A DNA stretch of 64,000 nt from Promethearchaeota archaeon (GCA_018238625.1 JABCSY010000006.1:9704-73703); one strand, 5' to 3'; numbered from the stretch's first letter, positions 1 to 11,561 are shown. Numbers and translations are program-made. Notes: generated from the letters alone by a model not told the origin.

Positions 1-1506
1 GATATCACTGCGCGCAAGAAAGCAGAACAGAAATTAAAAGAATCCGAAGAAAAGTATCGAAGTATACTTAAAAGAATTAAAGAGAGTTATTTTGAAGTTG
101 ATCTAAGAGGTAATTATACTTTTTTTAATAACTCTTTAGTTGAAGTCCTTGGATACTCTAAAGATGAATTACTTGGTTTAAATTTTGGTCGTCTCATGGA
201 TAAGGAAAATAAACGGAAGGTGTTTAAAGTGTTTAACGAAGTCTACAACAGTAGTAAAGAAAAAGAGAATTTTCAATTCGAAGTTATGAAGAAAAATGGA
301 GAAATAATAGCAGCTGAAACTTCTATATATTTAAAATACGATCAAGATGGAAATAAAATTGGATTTGGTGGCATAGTACGTGATATAACTGACCGCAAGA
401 AAGCGGAGAAAGCGCTTAAGGAGAGTGAAGCCAGATTCAAGGGGATTTTTGAGTCTAAAATGATTGGTACATTTTTCTGGGATGCAAATGGCGATATTAC
501 CAACGCTAATGATGTCTATCTTGAGATGGTAGGATATTCTAAGGATGAAGTTCTTTCTGGAACTGTACGCTGGAAGGATTTAACACCCCCGGAATATACA
601 GATCTTGATAATAAAGCTTTAGAGGAGATTACTACTAAGGGTGTAATGACCCCCATCGAAAAAGAATACATTCGTAAAAATGGAAGCCGCTTTCCCATTC
701 TTATAGGTGGATCGGCATTACCTGGTTCTACACTTGGCGGTGTGAGTTTTGCTCTGGACATTACCGAGCGCAAGAAAGGGGAACAGATAATCAAAAATTT
801 ATTAGAAAAATTAAGGCGAATTAATATCGAACTCGAGCAGTTTGCTTATGTAGCATCCCATGATCTAAAAGAACCTCTTCGAATGATTTTAAGTTTTGCC
901 CGACTATTGGCAAGACACTATAAAGGCAAAGTAGATGAGGATGCTGATGACTTTATTGATTTTATAGTTGCTGGAGCTATGAGAATGCAAAAATTGATAA
1001 ATGCTTTGTTATCTTATTCTCAAATCGGGAGAAGCGATAAACAATTCAGATTGATTGATGTAGATATCGTTTTAAAAGAAGTTATTGCTAATTTAAGGCA
1101 CTTAATTGAAGAATCAAACACAATCATTACTATTGATCCTTTACCTAAATTAGTAGCAAATGAGGTGGAATTTATTCAATTATTTCAAAATTTAATTTCT
1201 AATGCTATAAAGTTCCATGGAGAAAGTCCTCCTCTTATTCATGTTTCAGTAAAACTTCAAAAAAAACAGTGGATATTTTCTGTTCGCGATAATGGGATAG
1301 GGATTGATTCAAAGGACTATAAGCGAATTTTCATAATCTTTCAGCGCTTACGTACAAAGTACGAATATGAGGGCACTGGAATAGGCTTATCCATATGTAA
1401 AAAGATATTAGAGCATCATAAGGGAAAGATATGGGTGGAATCAGAAGTAGGAAAAGGTTCTACTTTTTACTTCTCAATCCCAAAAGAGATTGATATAAAA
1501 AGCTAA
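1..1506 (+). CDS. Multi-PAS sensor histidine kinase, 5' end outside the window
   Basis: Frame is open from base 1 (DITARKKAEQKLKESEEKYRSI...) and continues into the ORF at 196. PAS/PAC repeats (DITDRKKAE, DITERKKGE), H-box FAYVASHDLKEPL, N-box QNLISNAIKF, G-boxes DNGIG and GTGIGL. Confidence 0.93.
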   Translation, partial: DITARKKAEQKLKESEEKYRSILKRIKESYFEVDLRGNYTFFNNSLVEVLGYSKDELLGLNFGRLMDKENKRKVFKVFNEVYNSSKEKENFQFEVMKKNGEIIAAETSIYLKYDQDGNKIGFGGIVRDITDRKKAEKALKESEARFKGIFESKMIGTFFWDANGDITNANDVYLEMVGYSKDEVLSGTVRWKDLTPPEYTDLDNKALEEITTKGVMTPIEKEYIRKNGSRFPILIGGSALPGSTLGGVSFALDITERKKGEQIIKNLLEKLRRINIELEQFAYVASHDLKEPLRMILSFARLLARHYKGKVDEDADDFIDFIVAGAMRMQKLINALLSYSQIGRSDKQFRLIDVDIVLKEVIANLRHLIEESNTIITIDPLPKLVANEVEFIQLFQNLISNAIKFHGESPPLIHVSVKLQKKQWIFSVRDNGIGIDSKDYKRIFIIFQRLRTKYEYEGTGIGLSICKKILEHHKGKIWVESEVGKGSTFYFSIPKEIDIKS

Positions 1507-1582
1507 ATTAATCACAAGAAAGAATCAGAGTTAAAGAAGTTAAGAATTAAACTTTAGAAAATTTGAGAGCTAAACGATTAAA

Positions 1583-2023
1583 ATGAAACAAAGGAATGAA
1601 GCAAAACCATTTGAAATATTATTGGTAGAAGTTAATCCTGCTGATGTTCGTTTAACTATGGAAGCCCTAAAAGAAAGTCCCAGGAATATTAAGCTTCATG
1701 TAGTAGAAAATGGCATAGAAGCATTACATTTTTTAAGGAAAGAGAAAGATTATAGGGCAAGTCCAACACCAGATCTTATTTTTTTAGACTTAAATTTACC
1801 TAAAAAAAATGGTCGAGAGGTCCTAGCTGAAATAAAGGAGGATATAAATCTTAAACAAATTCCTGTAGCTGTTCTTACAATTTCGTCAGCAGAAGAAGAT
1901 ATTGTAAATGCTTATGAAAATCATGCAAATTGCTATATAATAAAACCTTTGGATTTAGATCAATTCGTTAAAAAAATATTGAATATAATAGAATTCTGGT
2001 CATTAAGTGTTAGATTACCTTAA
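1583..2023 (+). CDS. Single-domain response regulator (Rcp1-like receiver)
   Basis: ILLVE..., PDLIFLDLNLPKKNGREVL (phosphoacceptor Asp), YIIKP; directly follows the kinase. Confidence 0.92.
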   Translation: MKQRNEAKPFEILLVEVNPADVRLTMEALKESPRNIKLHVVENGIEALHFLRKEKDYRASPTPDLIFLDLNLPKKNGREVLAEIKEDINLKQIPVAVLTISSAEEDIVNAYENHANCYIIKPLDLDQFVKKILNIIEFWSLSVRLP

Positions 2024-2079
2024 CATATAGAATGTATAAATAAGATTAAATTGAATTAAAAAGAGCTAGAAAGAGAGAA

Positions 2080-4308
2080 ATGCAGAGTAATAATGGTTTA
2101 AATCAAATTATATACATGCTTCTAATCGAAGATAATACCGGTGATATACGAATAATAAAAGAACTCCTTAAGGAGGCTAAAGAATTTATATTCGATTTGC
2201 GTATTGCCGAAAATTTTTCGAAAGGATTGATTTGTATCAAAGAGGCTTCGTTTGATATTATTCTTCTAGACCTTATGCTCCCGGACAGCTCTGGTATAGA
2301 AACATTAGAACGGATGTTAGATGAAATTTCGATAAGTCCCATTATTGTGCTTACAGGGATGGATAACATGAATTTAGCAATTAAGGCAGTTAAAGCAGGT
2401 GCTCAAGATTATTTAGTTAAAGGACAGATTGAAAGCAATTCATTAATACTCTCAATATTTCATGCAATTGATAGACATAAAATGAAGCAAACTATTGAAT
2501 CATTAGTATATAAATTACAAAAAGATGAGATTCAATTACGCAAAATAATAGAAGAGAACGCTGATAGTATTGTCATTGTCGATAAAAAAGGAGTAGTCCG
2601 TTTTGTAAACCCAATTGCAGAAAAATTTTTTGGACGATATAAGAATGAATTTATTGGGGAAAATTTTGGTTACCCTACTGGACCAGAAACTCAAGAGATA
2701 ACTATTATACGAAAGTCTGGTAATATCGCAATTGCTGAAATCAATTCAGTAGAAATAGATTGGGAAGGTGAAATTGCTGATTTATTAACTATTCGAGATG
2801 TATCTGAACATCGAATGTATGAATTGCGCATACAAGAATCTGAAAAGAGATATCGAGATTTATTTGAAAAATCTCCATATCCAATTTTAATTTTAAACAA
2901 ACAAGGCGTAGTTATTGACTGTAATTCCGGTTTAGAGCAATTACTTGATTTTAAAAAAGAGGTTATAATTAATAAAAATTATAAAGAAACTCCCTTGGCT
3001 AATCCGGAGTATTTAGAATTATTTGATAAGGTTCACAGTGAAATATTAAAAGGAAATTTCCCAAATCCGATAGAAATTAAATATTTAAAATCAATAAAAG
3101 ACGAAATTATTTGGCTTAAACTAAATTTTTCATCTATAATTATAGGAAACCAGGCTTTAATTTATATTTTAATTCAAGATATTACAGAAATTAAGCAATC
3201 AGAGCAAGAAGTAAAAAGATTGGAGCAAACGCTTCATGAAATGAATGCGTTGATAGAGGATGCTCCTCTAGCAATATTTTTAATTGATAAAACGAGTAAG
3301 ATTTTAAGAGCTAATAAAAAAGCTTTAAATTTATTTCAATATCATTTAGATGAGATATTAAATCTAAATATATTCGATTTAGTTAGTTCAGAATTTTCAG
3401 AAATTATTACAACGCACTATACTAAAGAATTATATGATTCTTCAGAACCAATTAAGATAGAAATCGTAGTTCAAAAAAAAGATGGAAAAAAGATTGATGT
3501 AGAAATTACCTCTAGAATAATAAGAATCGCAAATAATATGATTATTCAATCTTTTTTTTCCGATATTACTGAGCGTAAAAAATATGAAAGGAATCGTCAA
3601 GAATTATTAGACAAATTAATTTCCTCCTTAGAATTTAAATCGAGATTCCTCGCAACTATGTCTCACGAGTTAAGAACGCCTTTAAATGCTATAATCGGCT
3701 TTACATCATTATTGTTAGACAGAAGTTATGGACAGTTAAATGAAGATCAAATTGATTTTTTGGAAGATGTTACTTCAGAAGCAGATCATTTAAAAAAATT
3801 AATCGACACGATTTTAGATTTATCGATTATTGATATGGGTAAATTTGAACTAACTACAGAAAATTTTGAGTTACTCTCCATTACAAAAGAAATAGTTTCA
3901 ATTGTAAATCATTTATTTAAGAAGAAAAGATTAGATATTAGTTTAGAAGGTATAAATAAACATATTTATATTAAAGCAGATCAATTTAGGTTTAAGCAAA
4001 TTTTATATAATTTAATTGATAATGCGATAAAATTCACAGAACACGGTAAGATTACGTTTAGATGCATAGAAAAAGACGATTATTGGGAGTTTCATGTTGA
4101 AGACACCGGAATAGGGATTGCAAAGGAAGATTATGATGTAGTGTTTAGAGAATTTGGTAGAATTAAAAACGATAAAAGAGAAAATGTTCCTGGTTCAGGT
4201 ATAGGTCTAGCACTATCAAAAAGATTAGTACAGCTTCACGGGGGAGATATCTGGTTTGAAAGCGAAGTAGGGAAAGGTACAACCTTCATTTTTACAATCC
4301 CCAAATAA
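2080..4308 (+). CDS. Hybrid receiver-PAS-histidine kinase
   Basis: N-terminal receiver (LLIEDN, ILLDLMLPD, YLVKG), three PAS-like segments, H-box MSHELRTPLNAI, NLIDNAIKF, DTGIG, GSGIGL. Confidence 0.93.
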   Translation: MQSNNGLNQIIYMLLIEDNTGDIRIIKELLKEAKEFIFDLRIAENFSKGLICIKEASFDIILLDLMLPDSSGIETLERMLDEISISPIIVLTGMDNMNLAIKAVKAGAQDYLVKGQIESNSLILSIFHAIDRHKMKQTIESLVYKLQKDEIQLRKIIEENADSIVIVDKKGVVRFVNPIAEKFFGRYKNEFIGENFGYPTGPETQEITIIRKSGNIAIAEINSVEIDWEGEIADLLTIRDVSEHRMYELRIQESEKRYRDLFEKSPYPILILNKQGVVIDCNSGLEQLLDFKKEVIINKNYKETPLANPEYLELFDKVHSEILKGNFPNPIEIKYLKSIKDEIIWLKLNFSSIIIGNQALIYILIQDITEIKQSEQEVKRLEQTLHEMNALIEDAPLAIFLIDKTSKILRANKKALNLFQYHLDEILNLNIFDLVSSEFSEIITTHYTKELYDSSEPIKIEIVVQKKDGKKIDVEITSRIIRIANNMIIQSFFSDITERKKYERNRQELLDKLISSLEFKSRFLATMSHELRTPLNAIIGFTSLLLDRSYGQLNEDQIDFLEDVTSEADHLKKLIDTILDLSIIDMGKFELTTENFELLSITKEIVSIVNHLFKKKRLDISLEGINKHIYIKADQFRFKQILYNLIDNAIKFTEHGKITFRCIEKDDYWEFHVEDTGIGIAKEDYDVVFREFGRIKNDKRENVPGSGIGLALSKRLVQLHGGDIWFESEVGKGTTFIFTIPK

Positions 4309-4344
4309 TCTTGAGAATAAATTTGGACTTTTAAAATAAATTAT

Positions 4345-5496
4345 CTACTTTTTTTTTATTCTGGTTTCTGGTATTAATATTATAAAATTACTACCCTTAG
4401 TATGATCTCCTTTAATGCTATCTTCTACCCTAATTTGTCCTTTGTAACTATCTAACAGTCTTTTTACAAGGGATAAACCTATACCCATTCCGCCAATATA
4501 ATTGTTATCTGGAGAAGCTCTAGTAAAAATTGAGGCTTTCCTCGAATCCTCTATGCCAGTCCCGTTATCTATAAACTCTATTTTGACACAGCTTATTTGA
4601 TTTTCTTTCTTTTTCGAAATTTTAATTGCTATTTCTACACTCAGATTTTCGTTATGTTTTACAGCATTAACTAAAATATTTTCAAAAACATCTAATAAAA
4701 GCTCATTTGCTTGAACATAGACTCTCTTATAAGAAGAGTGAATTTTTATATTAATATTATGGGTCTGATATCCGTCTTTTAAATTATTAATTGAAGTCTT
4801 TAAAAGACTAAGTATTTCTTTTGATTGAATAGGCGTTGTGTATTCTTCAAGTTGAGATAGCTTACGAACATTAGAGATTAATGTTGAACCTCGAATGATT
4901 TGATTTTCGATAATTCCTATTATATCCACAATATCATTTTTAACATCTAGATTCATCATTTGAAATTTACAGAGTTGGGCAACTGATAATATCCCCTGTA
5001 AAACATTACTCATATCGTGAGCAAAAATATCTTTGTAAAAATTAGCCCGTTGGAATTCTTCTTCAATTTTATTTTTAGAAAGTTCTAGTTCTAGCTTGAC
5101 TTGCTGTCTTTCAATTGCATATAAAATTGAGCGTTCTAATAATACGGGATCAATTTTTCCTTTAACTAAATAATCTTGCATTCCAAGTTTAAGGGAATTA
5201 ATCGCTAATTCTTCATCATCCCTTCCTGTAAGTATAATAATTGGCATAGCCTCAACCTTTTCACGAATAATAGATATCGTGTTAAGCCCTGTGCAATCGG
5301 GAAGATTAAGGTCCAATAGGATTACATTTATCTCGCTTTTTAGAAGCTCTTCTAATCCCTCGCTAAGCGTCTTGTGATTAAAGAAATTGAATTGAAATCT
5401 TTTTGCCTCTTTTAACATTTCTTCAATCAATCGAGCATCTCCAGGATTATCTTCGATGATTAGGACCGAGATCTCTTCTTTAATTAGTATTTTCAA
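4345..5496 (-). CDS. Receiver domain plus histidine kinase
   Basis: LIIEDNPGD, ILLDLNLPD, H-box FAHDMSN, NILVNAVKH, DNGTG, GMGIGL. Confidence 0.9.
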   Translation of the reverse strand: MKILIKEEISVLIIEDNPGDARLIEEMLKEAKRFQFNFFNHKTLSEGLEELLKSEINVILLDLNLPDCTGLNTISIIREKVEAMPIIILTGRDDEELAINSLKLGMQDYLVKGKIDPVLLERSILYAIERQQVKLELELSKNKIEEEFQRANFYKDIFAHDMSNVLQGILSVAQLCKFQMMNLDVKNDIVDIIGIIENQIIRGSTLISNVRKLSQLEEYTTPIQSKEILSLLKTSINNLKDGYQTHNINIKIHSSYKRVYVQANELLLDVFENILVNAVKHNENLSVEIAIKISKKKENQISCVKIEFIDNGTGIEDSRKASIFTRASPDNNYIGGMGIGLSLVKRLLDSYKGQIRVEDSIKGDHTKGSNFIILIPETRIKKK

Positions 5497-5865
5497 AACC
5501 TATTTTAATTTTGTGGAGTTATTTTTTAATATAACCTTTAAAAACATTCATTTACTAAACAATTATCAATCTATCTTCCTATTTTAGGATTTTAAAATAA
5601 ATTGGAATTTTCGAAATTTAACAACTATAAAAAAGAACTAATATTAAAATGTTACCCCAAAAAATTATTTAAATGTGTTATTCCTAAACTTTTTAGTTTT
5701 CTACACTACTCAAACTTGATTTGGCACAAGAACTTATTTTTTGTTATAAAAAAGTTTAAATATAAACTAAAATATTATCTTTTTGTACAAATATTAGTAA
5801 ATATTTTTTATATTCTAAAAAATTAAATTAAAAATAAATTAGACAAAATCGCAAACCAAAGAATT

Positions 5866-6675
5866 ATGATTGTATTCGAGCCTGATAAGTCCATTTCCAT
5901 GGAGCTTCTTGGCGTAGGATTGACAAAATTATCCGATTTAAATGCTGGAGGGAAAATAAATATAATTTACCAAAAAGGAATAGGCGACCAACTCATCCAA
6001 AAATTAATTAATTTAAATAAAGAGAAAATATTAGGAAACAAACGAGGATTTTTAATTGATAATATTTGTAATTATACCGCATATATTCACTATTTTGACA
6101 ATAAACACAAGGAAATAACCGTTATAATTTATCTGGATACGAAAAAATCAATATTAAAATTCTCTAAATTTTATTATTTCTCGAAGAAATTAAACGAAGC
6201 ACTTTCCTCTAAAAGATCACTTTCAGAAATTCAGCAAATTTGTGAACAAGATTTCGAAATTCCAAAATCAAATTCTTTATTAGCGCTTCTTATAATAAGC
6301 ACAGCTGGACATTTATATTTTTCAAAAATTAATTACAACAAAACGAAACTCGCAAATGTTGAACTTCAAATCAGCGGTTTTATATCTGCTCTATTATCAT
6401 TTACGAAAGAATTGATTGGTCAAGGGCCGGGTATAAGCCTTAAAGAGATAAATTTTGGAAATCAGCGAATTTATCTAATTATAAAAAATGATGTCGTTTT
6501 TGCTTATTTGGTCGAAAAAGAAAAAATATTAAAAATTGATAAAAGGTATATGCAACTAATCTCTGATGAGTTTATAACTTTATTCAAAGATCGAGTAAAT
6601 CCACAAACTTTTGATGGAGATGTCTCCCATTTCAAAAGATTTGGAAGCATAGTGGATAATTATTTCGTTATTTAA
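5866..6675 (+). CDS. Hypothetical protein with C-terminal longin/roadblock-like domain
   Basis: C-terminal pattern LLIISTAGHLYFSK...LQISGFISALLSFTKEL...LKEINFGNQRIYLII resembles Asgard longin-like domains (pattern recognition only). Confidence 0.6.
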   Translation: MIVFEPDKSISMELLGVGLTKLSDLNAGGKINIIYQKGIGDQLIQKLINLNKEKILGNKRGFLIDNICNYTAYIHYFDNKHKEITVIIYLDTKKSILKFSKFYYFSKKLNEALSSKRSLSEIQQICEQDFEIPKSNSLLALLIISTAGHLYFSKINYNKTKLANVELQISGFISALLSFTKELIGQGPGISLKEINFGNQRIYLIIKNDVVFAYLVEKEKILKIDKRYMQLISDEFITLFKDRVNPQTFDGDVSHFKRFGSIVDNYFVI

Positions 6676-6812
6676 TCATTTTAGGCAAATATAATCCTAC
6701 TTTATTCTTTTTCCGTTTCTCTAAAAAAAGGATATCTGTATTTACAATTTAAGTTCTTCAGATATATAAATTTAAAAAAGAATTGATATCTACAGGTGAA
6801 TTAATCAAAACT

Positions 6813-8354
6813 TTAACGAAAAATCTGATTTAAGCATTCAACCGTTTGCTTTTCGTCCTTAGCCAAGTAGTTCTGTTTGAAGATAGATGCAAAAAACGCG
6901 CGATCTTTTGGGTTGAAATATTTATAACCAAATTTATTCCAAGCGGTTTTTTTATTTAAGGGCGCAAGCAAAGCGATTTGATCTTTTACTAATTGAGTTA
7001 GTATGATTGGAACTTCTTCTTTGTTATTCGGTGTGAAAGCGTTCAATAAAATATCGTCGTTAAAGTTATCCCAAGTATCCTTGAATTGTATACAAAATCT
7101 TCTAATATCGACCTTGTTTTCTACGATTAATTTTGCCAAAGCTTTTATAGCGATTTCATAAGAAGTAGGGTTACTATTTGATGGGTTTGATATTAAAGTG
7201 CTTGGTAAACTACTTCCGTTGTTTTTATTTTGAGGTAAGTTATACTCCGGAAGAATTTTTATCTGGTTTAACCCCATGATATTTCTGACGTCTTTAATAT
7301 TTCCACCTGTGTCAAAAAACCGTTTGTTTATAATGTATGTCAGAAGCTTTTGAGCGTGAACATCTCCAAAGTAAGGGTAATCTGAGGCGTATAGAAGGTA
7401 TTCGGACCAATCTCGCTTATCGACTCTTATTTTATTTTGTGCCTTAAACCATGTTCTAAAATCTTCTAAAAAGTTCCCAGCCCCCTCTCCATGAAGCATA
7501 GATAAATCGCCATAAGTATTTGGTTGGACAATCGCATTATAGACTTCGTAATCGCCAATATTTCCTTGAGCGAAATGTGCGATTATAACCTTGAAATGAG
7601 GTAATAACTCGGGATAATGTTGAGCTAACGTTGTCCTAGTAGTCCTAATTAACTCGGCGATGTCTAATATCGAGCCTCTACCGCGAGTGTCGAATAATAC
7701 GGGCATTGAATGGCTTGCGGCTTCAATTAAAACCTTTTGTGGTTTACCTGTTTTAATATTATCGATCCATCTTTCTGATCGAGGATGTAATTTTAGACCC
7801 CGGAGACCTAATACTTCTCGAGCGTATGTTACCTCCTTAATTGCCTTTTCACCTTCCATAGGATCGCAGCGAGCGTATCCAATTAGTTTCATAGAAAATG
7901 GGAAGCGCGTAGTAAATCTGGAAACGTTAATGTTGCTAGCTCGATACAAAGCTTCTGGATGTTTATTTCTAAACACATCTTGAAAAGGAAAAACAACGCC
8001 TTGATCGATGAAAGAATAAAATTTCGACTTTTCTTTTAAATCAGAATACCTTTTTCCCAAAGTTTCTAACGCAGCATATAATTTATCTGTAAAAGGATAG
8101 GGGTTGAACGACCAAGCAATTTTAGTCGATTTCCCGTCCATTGAAGTTTTAAAGGATTGTTCTCCGGTTTTTACCCATTCTGATTTTAATCTTCCTTGAA
8201 CGTTACCCCAAAAATCAAAAGTTCCTGTACCCGGTGCTAGTGGATTCATCATTGTTGCTCCATCCACGTCTTCTCCTAAATGCGAGTGGGCATCGATTAC
8301 ATATATGTTTTCTATTCGCGTTTTTCCTTCTTGTTCGATAGTTGCTGTTAGCAT
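6813..8354 (-). CDS. Amidohydrolase-superfamily metallohydrolase
   Basis: VIDAHSHLG (HxH), GLKLHP, IIAHF, LLYASDYPY motifs. Confidence 0.82.
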   Translation of the reverse strand: MLTATIEQEGKTRIENIYVIDAHSHLGEDVDGATMMNPLAPGTGTFDFWGNVQGRLKSEWVKTGEQSFKTSMDGKSTKIAWSFNPYPFTDKLYAALETLGKRYSDLKEKSKFYSFIDQGVVFPFQDVFRNKHPEALYRASNINVSRFTTRFPFSMKLIGYARCDPMEGEKAIKEVTYAREVLGLRGLKLHPRSERWIDNIKTGKPQKVLIEAASHSMPVLFDTRGRGSILDIAELIRTTRTTLAQHYPELLPHFKVIIAHFAQGNIGDYEVYNAIVQPNTYGDLSMLHGEGAGNFLEDFRTWFKAQNKIRVDKRDWSEYLLYASDYPYFGDVHAQKLLTYIINKRFFDTGGNIKDVRNIMGLNQIKILPEYNLPQNKNNGSSLPSTLISNPSNSNPTSYEIAIKALAKLIVENKVDIRRFCIQFKDTWDNFNDDILLNAFTPNNKEEVPIILTQLVKDQIALLAPLNKKTAWNKFGYKYFNPKDRAFFASIFKQNYLAKDEKQTVECLNQIFR

Positions 8355-8630
8355 TTTATTTATTTTTATTGCTTTAACTTTTTTTTTTTCTTATTTCTAT
8401 AGAAGAAATTTTGATTACTTTAGATTATATCAAGTTGTCTCCTTATATATTCTTAAGTAATAATTATTCCTTATATATTATAGCGTTTCGATTGTTTCTA
8501 AAAGATTGTTCAAAAAAATTTTGAATAATTAATTTTATATAAATATTATATTTTATATTCAAATTTCTTTTTTGTTAAAAAGTTAGTTTTAAGTTAGTAT
8601 TAAAAATAACCCCGATATTAAAAATTTAAT

Positions 8631-9119
8631 TTACCATTCAATCTCTTCGCCAAAATGTTTTATTGGCCAAGCCCAGTAATGCTTTTCCTTTTTAACTCCT
8701 TTTTTTTTCAATTCTTTAAATAAATTCTCCTTTTGTTCTTTTACCAATCCCAATGGGTCATACAGAAGTCTCCCTTCATCCAATGCATATAAAATAAGAT
8801 CGGTTTTGATTCGAACTAAATTTTTAAATTCACTTTCAGTCATCCAAAGCGAATCTACTCTTGAAGGTGAGAACTCCATTAATTTTAATTTCAGCGCGCT
8901 TCTTTTTCTATGATGTTCTGGCAGTTCATTGTCTTTAAAAATTATAATTAAATCAATATCACTTCGCTTTTCTTCTGAATAAATGGCATCTCCTCTAGCC
9001 AATGAACCAAATAAAACAATTCCTACGATGATTTTATTTACTTGAAATAGTTGAGTTAAGTAGTTTTCCAATTTTGTTGAATAATACTCGTTATTTAAAA
9101 ACTTCAAATTTATGTCCAT
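8631..9119 (-). CDS. Minimal nucleotidyltransferase (MNT, antitoxin-like)
   Basis: LFGSLARGD...SDIDLII motif; overlaps the upstream HEPN gene. Confidence 0.87.
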   Translation of the reverse strand: MDINLKFLNNEYYSTKLENYLTQLFQVNKIIVGIVLFGSLARGDAIYSEEKRSDIDLIIIFKDNELPEHHRKRSALKLKLMEFSPSRVDSLWMTESEFKNLVRIKTDLILYALDEGRLLYDPLGLVKEQKENLFKELKKKGVKKEKHYWAWPIKHFGEEIEW

Positions 9120-9631
9120 TGTTTCAATTCTCCGAGTAATGATTCTAATCGATCTAAATCTTTAAATTCTTCTTTTGTCATGTTCAAGCTCTTCTTAAGA
9201 AGCTTTAAATATAAAATTACGATCTTTTCAAGATTTATGAGAAAATCTTTGATATTTTCGAAGGATTGATAAATCTCTTCAGCGATAATTAATTTATTAT
9301 TCTTGATTGTTCCATATCGAGTTTGAACCCCTTCATTCTCAAAAAATTTTGAATGTTTTAGAATTTTTTTAAGTATCTCTTTTGTTTCTAAATCTATCGC
9401 TAAAGAAGACTCACTTTTTAGAACATCTTTTAAAATATCTGTTGGAACATGGGTTTTTTCCACTTTCAAACCCATAAAACTTAGGATAGCTTTATTTAAT
9501 TTTTCTACTGCAAACTGACTTCTAAACGCTACAAGAGAAAAATAATCATTTTGAAGACTATTTATCACGATTTTTATATCACTTATAGCGGATTTGATCA
9601 AACTTTTTCCTTGAGAAAAATTAGTATTCAT
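9110..9631 (-). CDS. HEPN domain protein
   Basis: AFRSQFAVEKLNKA...KTH...TRY pattern; paired with the MNT gene. Confidence 0.8.
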   Translation of the reverse strand: MNTNFSQGKSLIKSAISDIKIVINSLQNDYFSLVAFRSQFAVEKLNKAILSFMGLKVEKTHVPTDILKDVLKSESSLAIDLETKEILKKILKHSKFFENEGVQTRYGTIKNNKLIIAEEIYQSFENIKDFLINLEKIVILYLKLLKKSLNMTKEEFKDLDRLESLLGELKQWT

Positions 9632-9860
9632 TTTATATGATATATATTTTCATTTATTCTACTAAATAATTATCTTTTTATTTATAAATTTTTATGAGTT
9701 TTATTCCTAAATCATTTGGAACGATTCAATTTTATTTCATTATTATAATAACATTATATTATTCTTATGCTGGAATTTAAAACAATCATTAGATTTTAAT
9801 CGTTAATTTTCCTTTTGTTAGCATAAATAATCTGTGAAAGATAAAAAAAAATCAATTATA

Positions 9861-11561
9861 TTACTCTCTCATTTCTTTTGGAAGAGACAATACGCCTGTA
9901 AGCGGATTATTTAACGGATCTTGACAATATTCAATTGTGAAATATATTAAATCATTTAAAATATTTGGATCTTGTCCTGCCTTTAGTTTATAATCGTAAA
10001 GAGATAATTGATACTCCGCCTCAGTTATTGGAGGTTCCGCGTAGCTTACATTTCCAAAAACTGATTGAAGTATAGGTTTCAAAAACGGCGAGTAGAGAAA
10101 ACCAAGTTCTTTTAATTCGTCTTTTAAGTAGAAAAACATCCTTTGAACTGCTTGCATCATATACCTAATAGGTTGATTCTCAGGCCCTAAATATTGTTCT
10201 GCAAAATTCGGGTCATATTGCGCGAGATGTTCTCGAGTAAGATTTTGAGGGCGGAATAACGATATTAACCCTCTTTCGATGGTAGTCTTTCTATTATACG
10301 CGATCGTCTCGCTACCCGCGTCCGGCACCCATACTCCTTGGTCTAATAACTTTCGAGTTTTATAACACATCGCTTGTAGTAATAAGGCGATCCCTATTCT
10401 ACGGCATATTGAAATTTGAGCGTCGCTAACTCTTATTTCAATTGTTCCCCAATCTGTGAATGGAAACACGTCTTGGAAGCGTCCATCCTCTAAACTCGCT
10501 TTCTGGACAACTTGAAGGAAGTAGTCGATTGTATCTTGGTCTCCCGAAGTTATATAGGGGGGAAAATGTTTAGGGTCGTTGTTACTTAACATTGTAGTGT
10601 TATTTTTTAACCTTAAAGAACGTACGCAATTTGGCGCTGTAATTCTATTATTAACTATTTTAATAACATCTGTTGGCTTATTATTTAATATAGGTGAATT
10701 ACATGTAAGAGCAATTATATGCGGAATAAAGTTACGAATCATACAATATGACTGCACTTTTTCTAAATCAGATTTAAAGGAGCCAATGTGGCTATGGTCC
10801 GCCTGGGTCAACCCGCGCATATATTCTTTAGCTGCTGGGTTAATGGCTGAAGCTATGATGTGTAAGTCTCTTGGTAGGGTGTTTTTTGCTAAAAGAAATA
10901 AGGTTGATCCCCAATAAGCCAACTCCTCAACATATTCACATGGGGGCGTCACGAGTTCTAATATATAAGTAACTGCTGTAACATTACCATCACGACCAAA
11001 AGTATCAATGTCAACGACATTTCCATCTGGAAGCGGATATCTAATATCCATTACATATCCTTTTTCAATGTCATCCTTCCCATAAGGCCTTGCCAATACT
11101 TTTTGTCGAATATAATCGGGCACAGGTAAGAAATCGTCTCTTCCTTGGTATAAAATCTGATCCATAATTTTTATGGCATCTTTTACGATCTCTTTCATCC
11201 GATAAACCATTTCATCACCGGGCGGGTAGTTACCACTGTCATCTGCGATAATTAATTCCATTTCAATTCCATGCGTGAAGGGTAAAGGGGTCCAATGCTC
11301 GATATCGGCTAAGATTTCCCCCCAAGATCTTTCGGGTATAAGTACTTCTCTGTAATCCGTTCCAAGAAACAATTGATCCGAAGATCTATCTATGGGTTCT
11401 CCAATAAAAACGCCTGAAGGAAGCCCCGACGCTGCTTTTGCCTTAGACTTATGCTTTTTACCCGTATCTTGTCCCATAATTTGCGAGAACGTATCGTATT
11501 CATCTCCGCCTGATCCTTTCTTCTTTTTCTTTTTTTTATCCTTAGCCATAAATTCCTTCAC
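9861..11561 (-). CDS. Glutamate-cysteine ligase family 2 / carboxylate-amine ligase
   Basis: FTHGIEMELII, ILELVTPP, HSHIG, ALTCNSP, WGTIEIRVSD motifs. Confidence 0.75.
   Translation of the reverse strand: MKEFMAKDKKKKKKKGSGGDEYDTFSQIMGQDTGKKHKSKAKAASGLPSGVFIGEPIDRSSDQLFLGTDYREVLIPERSWGEILADIEHWTPLPFTHGIEMELIIADDSGNYPPGDEMVYRMKEIVKDAIKIMDQILYQGRDDFLPVPDYIRQKVLARPYGKDDIEKGYVMDIRYPLPDGNVVDIDTFGRDGNVTAVTYILELVTPPCEYVEELAYWGSTLFLLAKNTLPRDLHIIASAINPAAKEYMRGLTQADHSHIGSFKSDLEKVQSYCMIRNFIPHIIALTCNSPILNNKPTDVIKIVNNRITAPNCVRSLRLKNNTTMLSNNDPKHFPPYITSGDQDTIDYFLQVVQKASLEDGRFQDVFPFTDWGTIEIRVSDAQISICRRIGIALLLQAMCYKTRKLLDQGVWVPDAGSETIAYNRKTTIERGLISLFRPQNLTREHLAQYDPNFAEQYLGPENQPIRYMMQAVQRMFFYLKDELKELGFLYSPFLKPILQSVFGNVSYAEPPITEAEYQLSLYDYKLKAGQDPNILNDLIYFTIEYCQDPLNNPLTGVLSLPKEMRE

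Noticed and set aside
1583-1640. VEVN instead of VEDN in the response regulator as inactivation
   Set aside because: Single substitution; the phosphoacceptor Asp, Thr and Lys are retained, so nothing can be concluded.
5602-5826. 74-aa ORF
   Set aside because: Very AT-rich K/F/L/Y-biased frame in a divergent promoter region; probably spurious.
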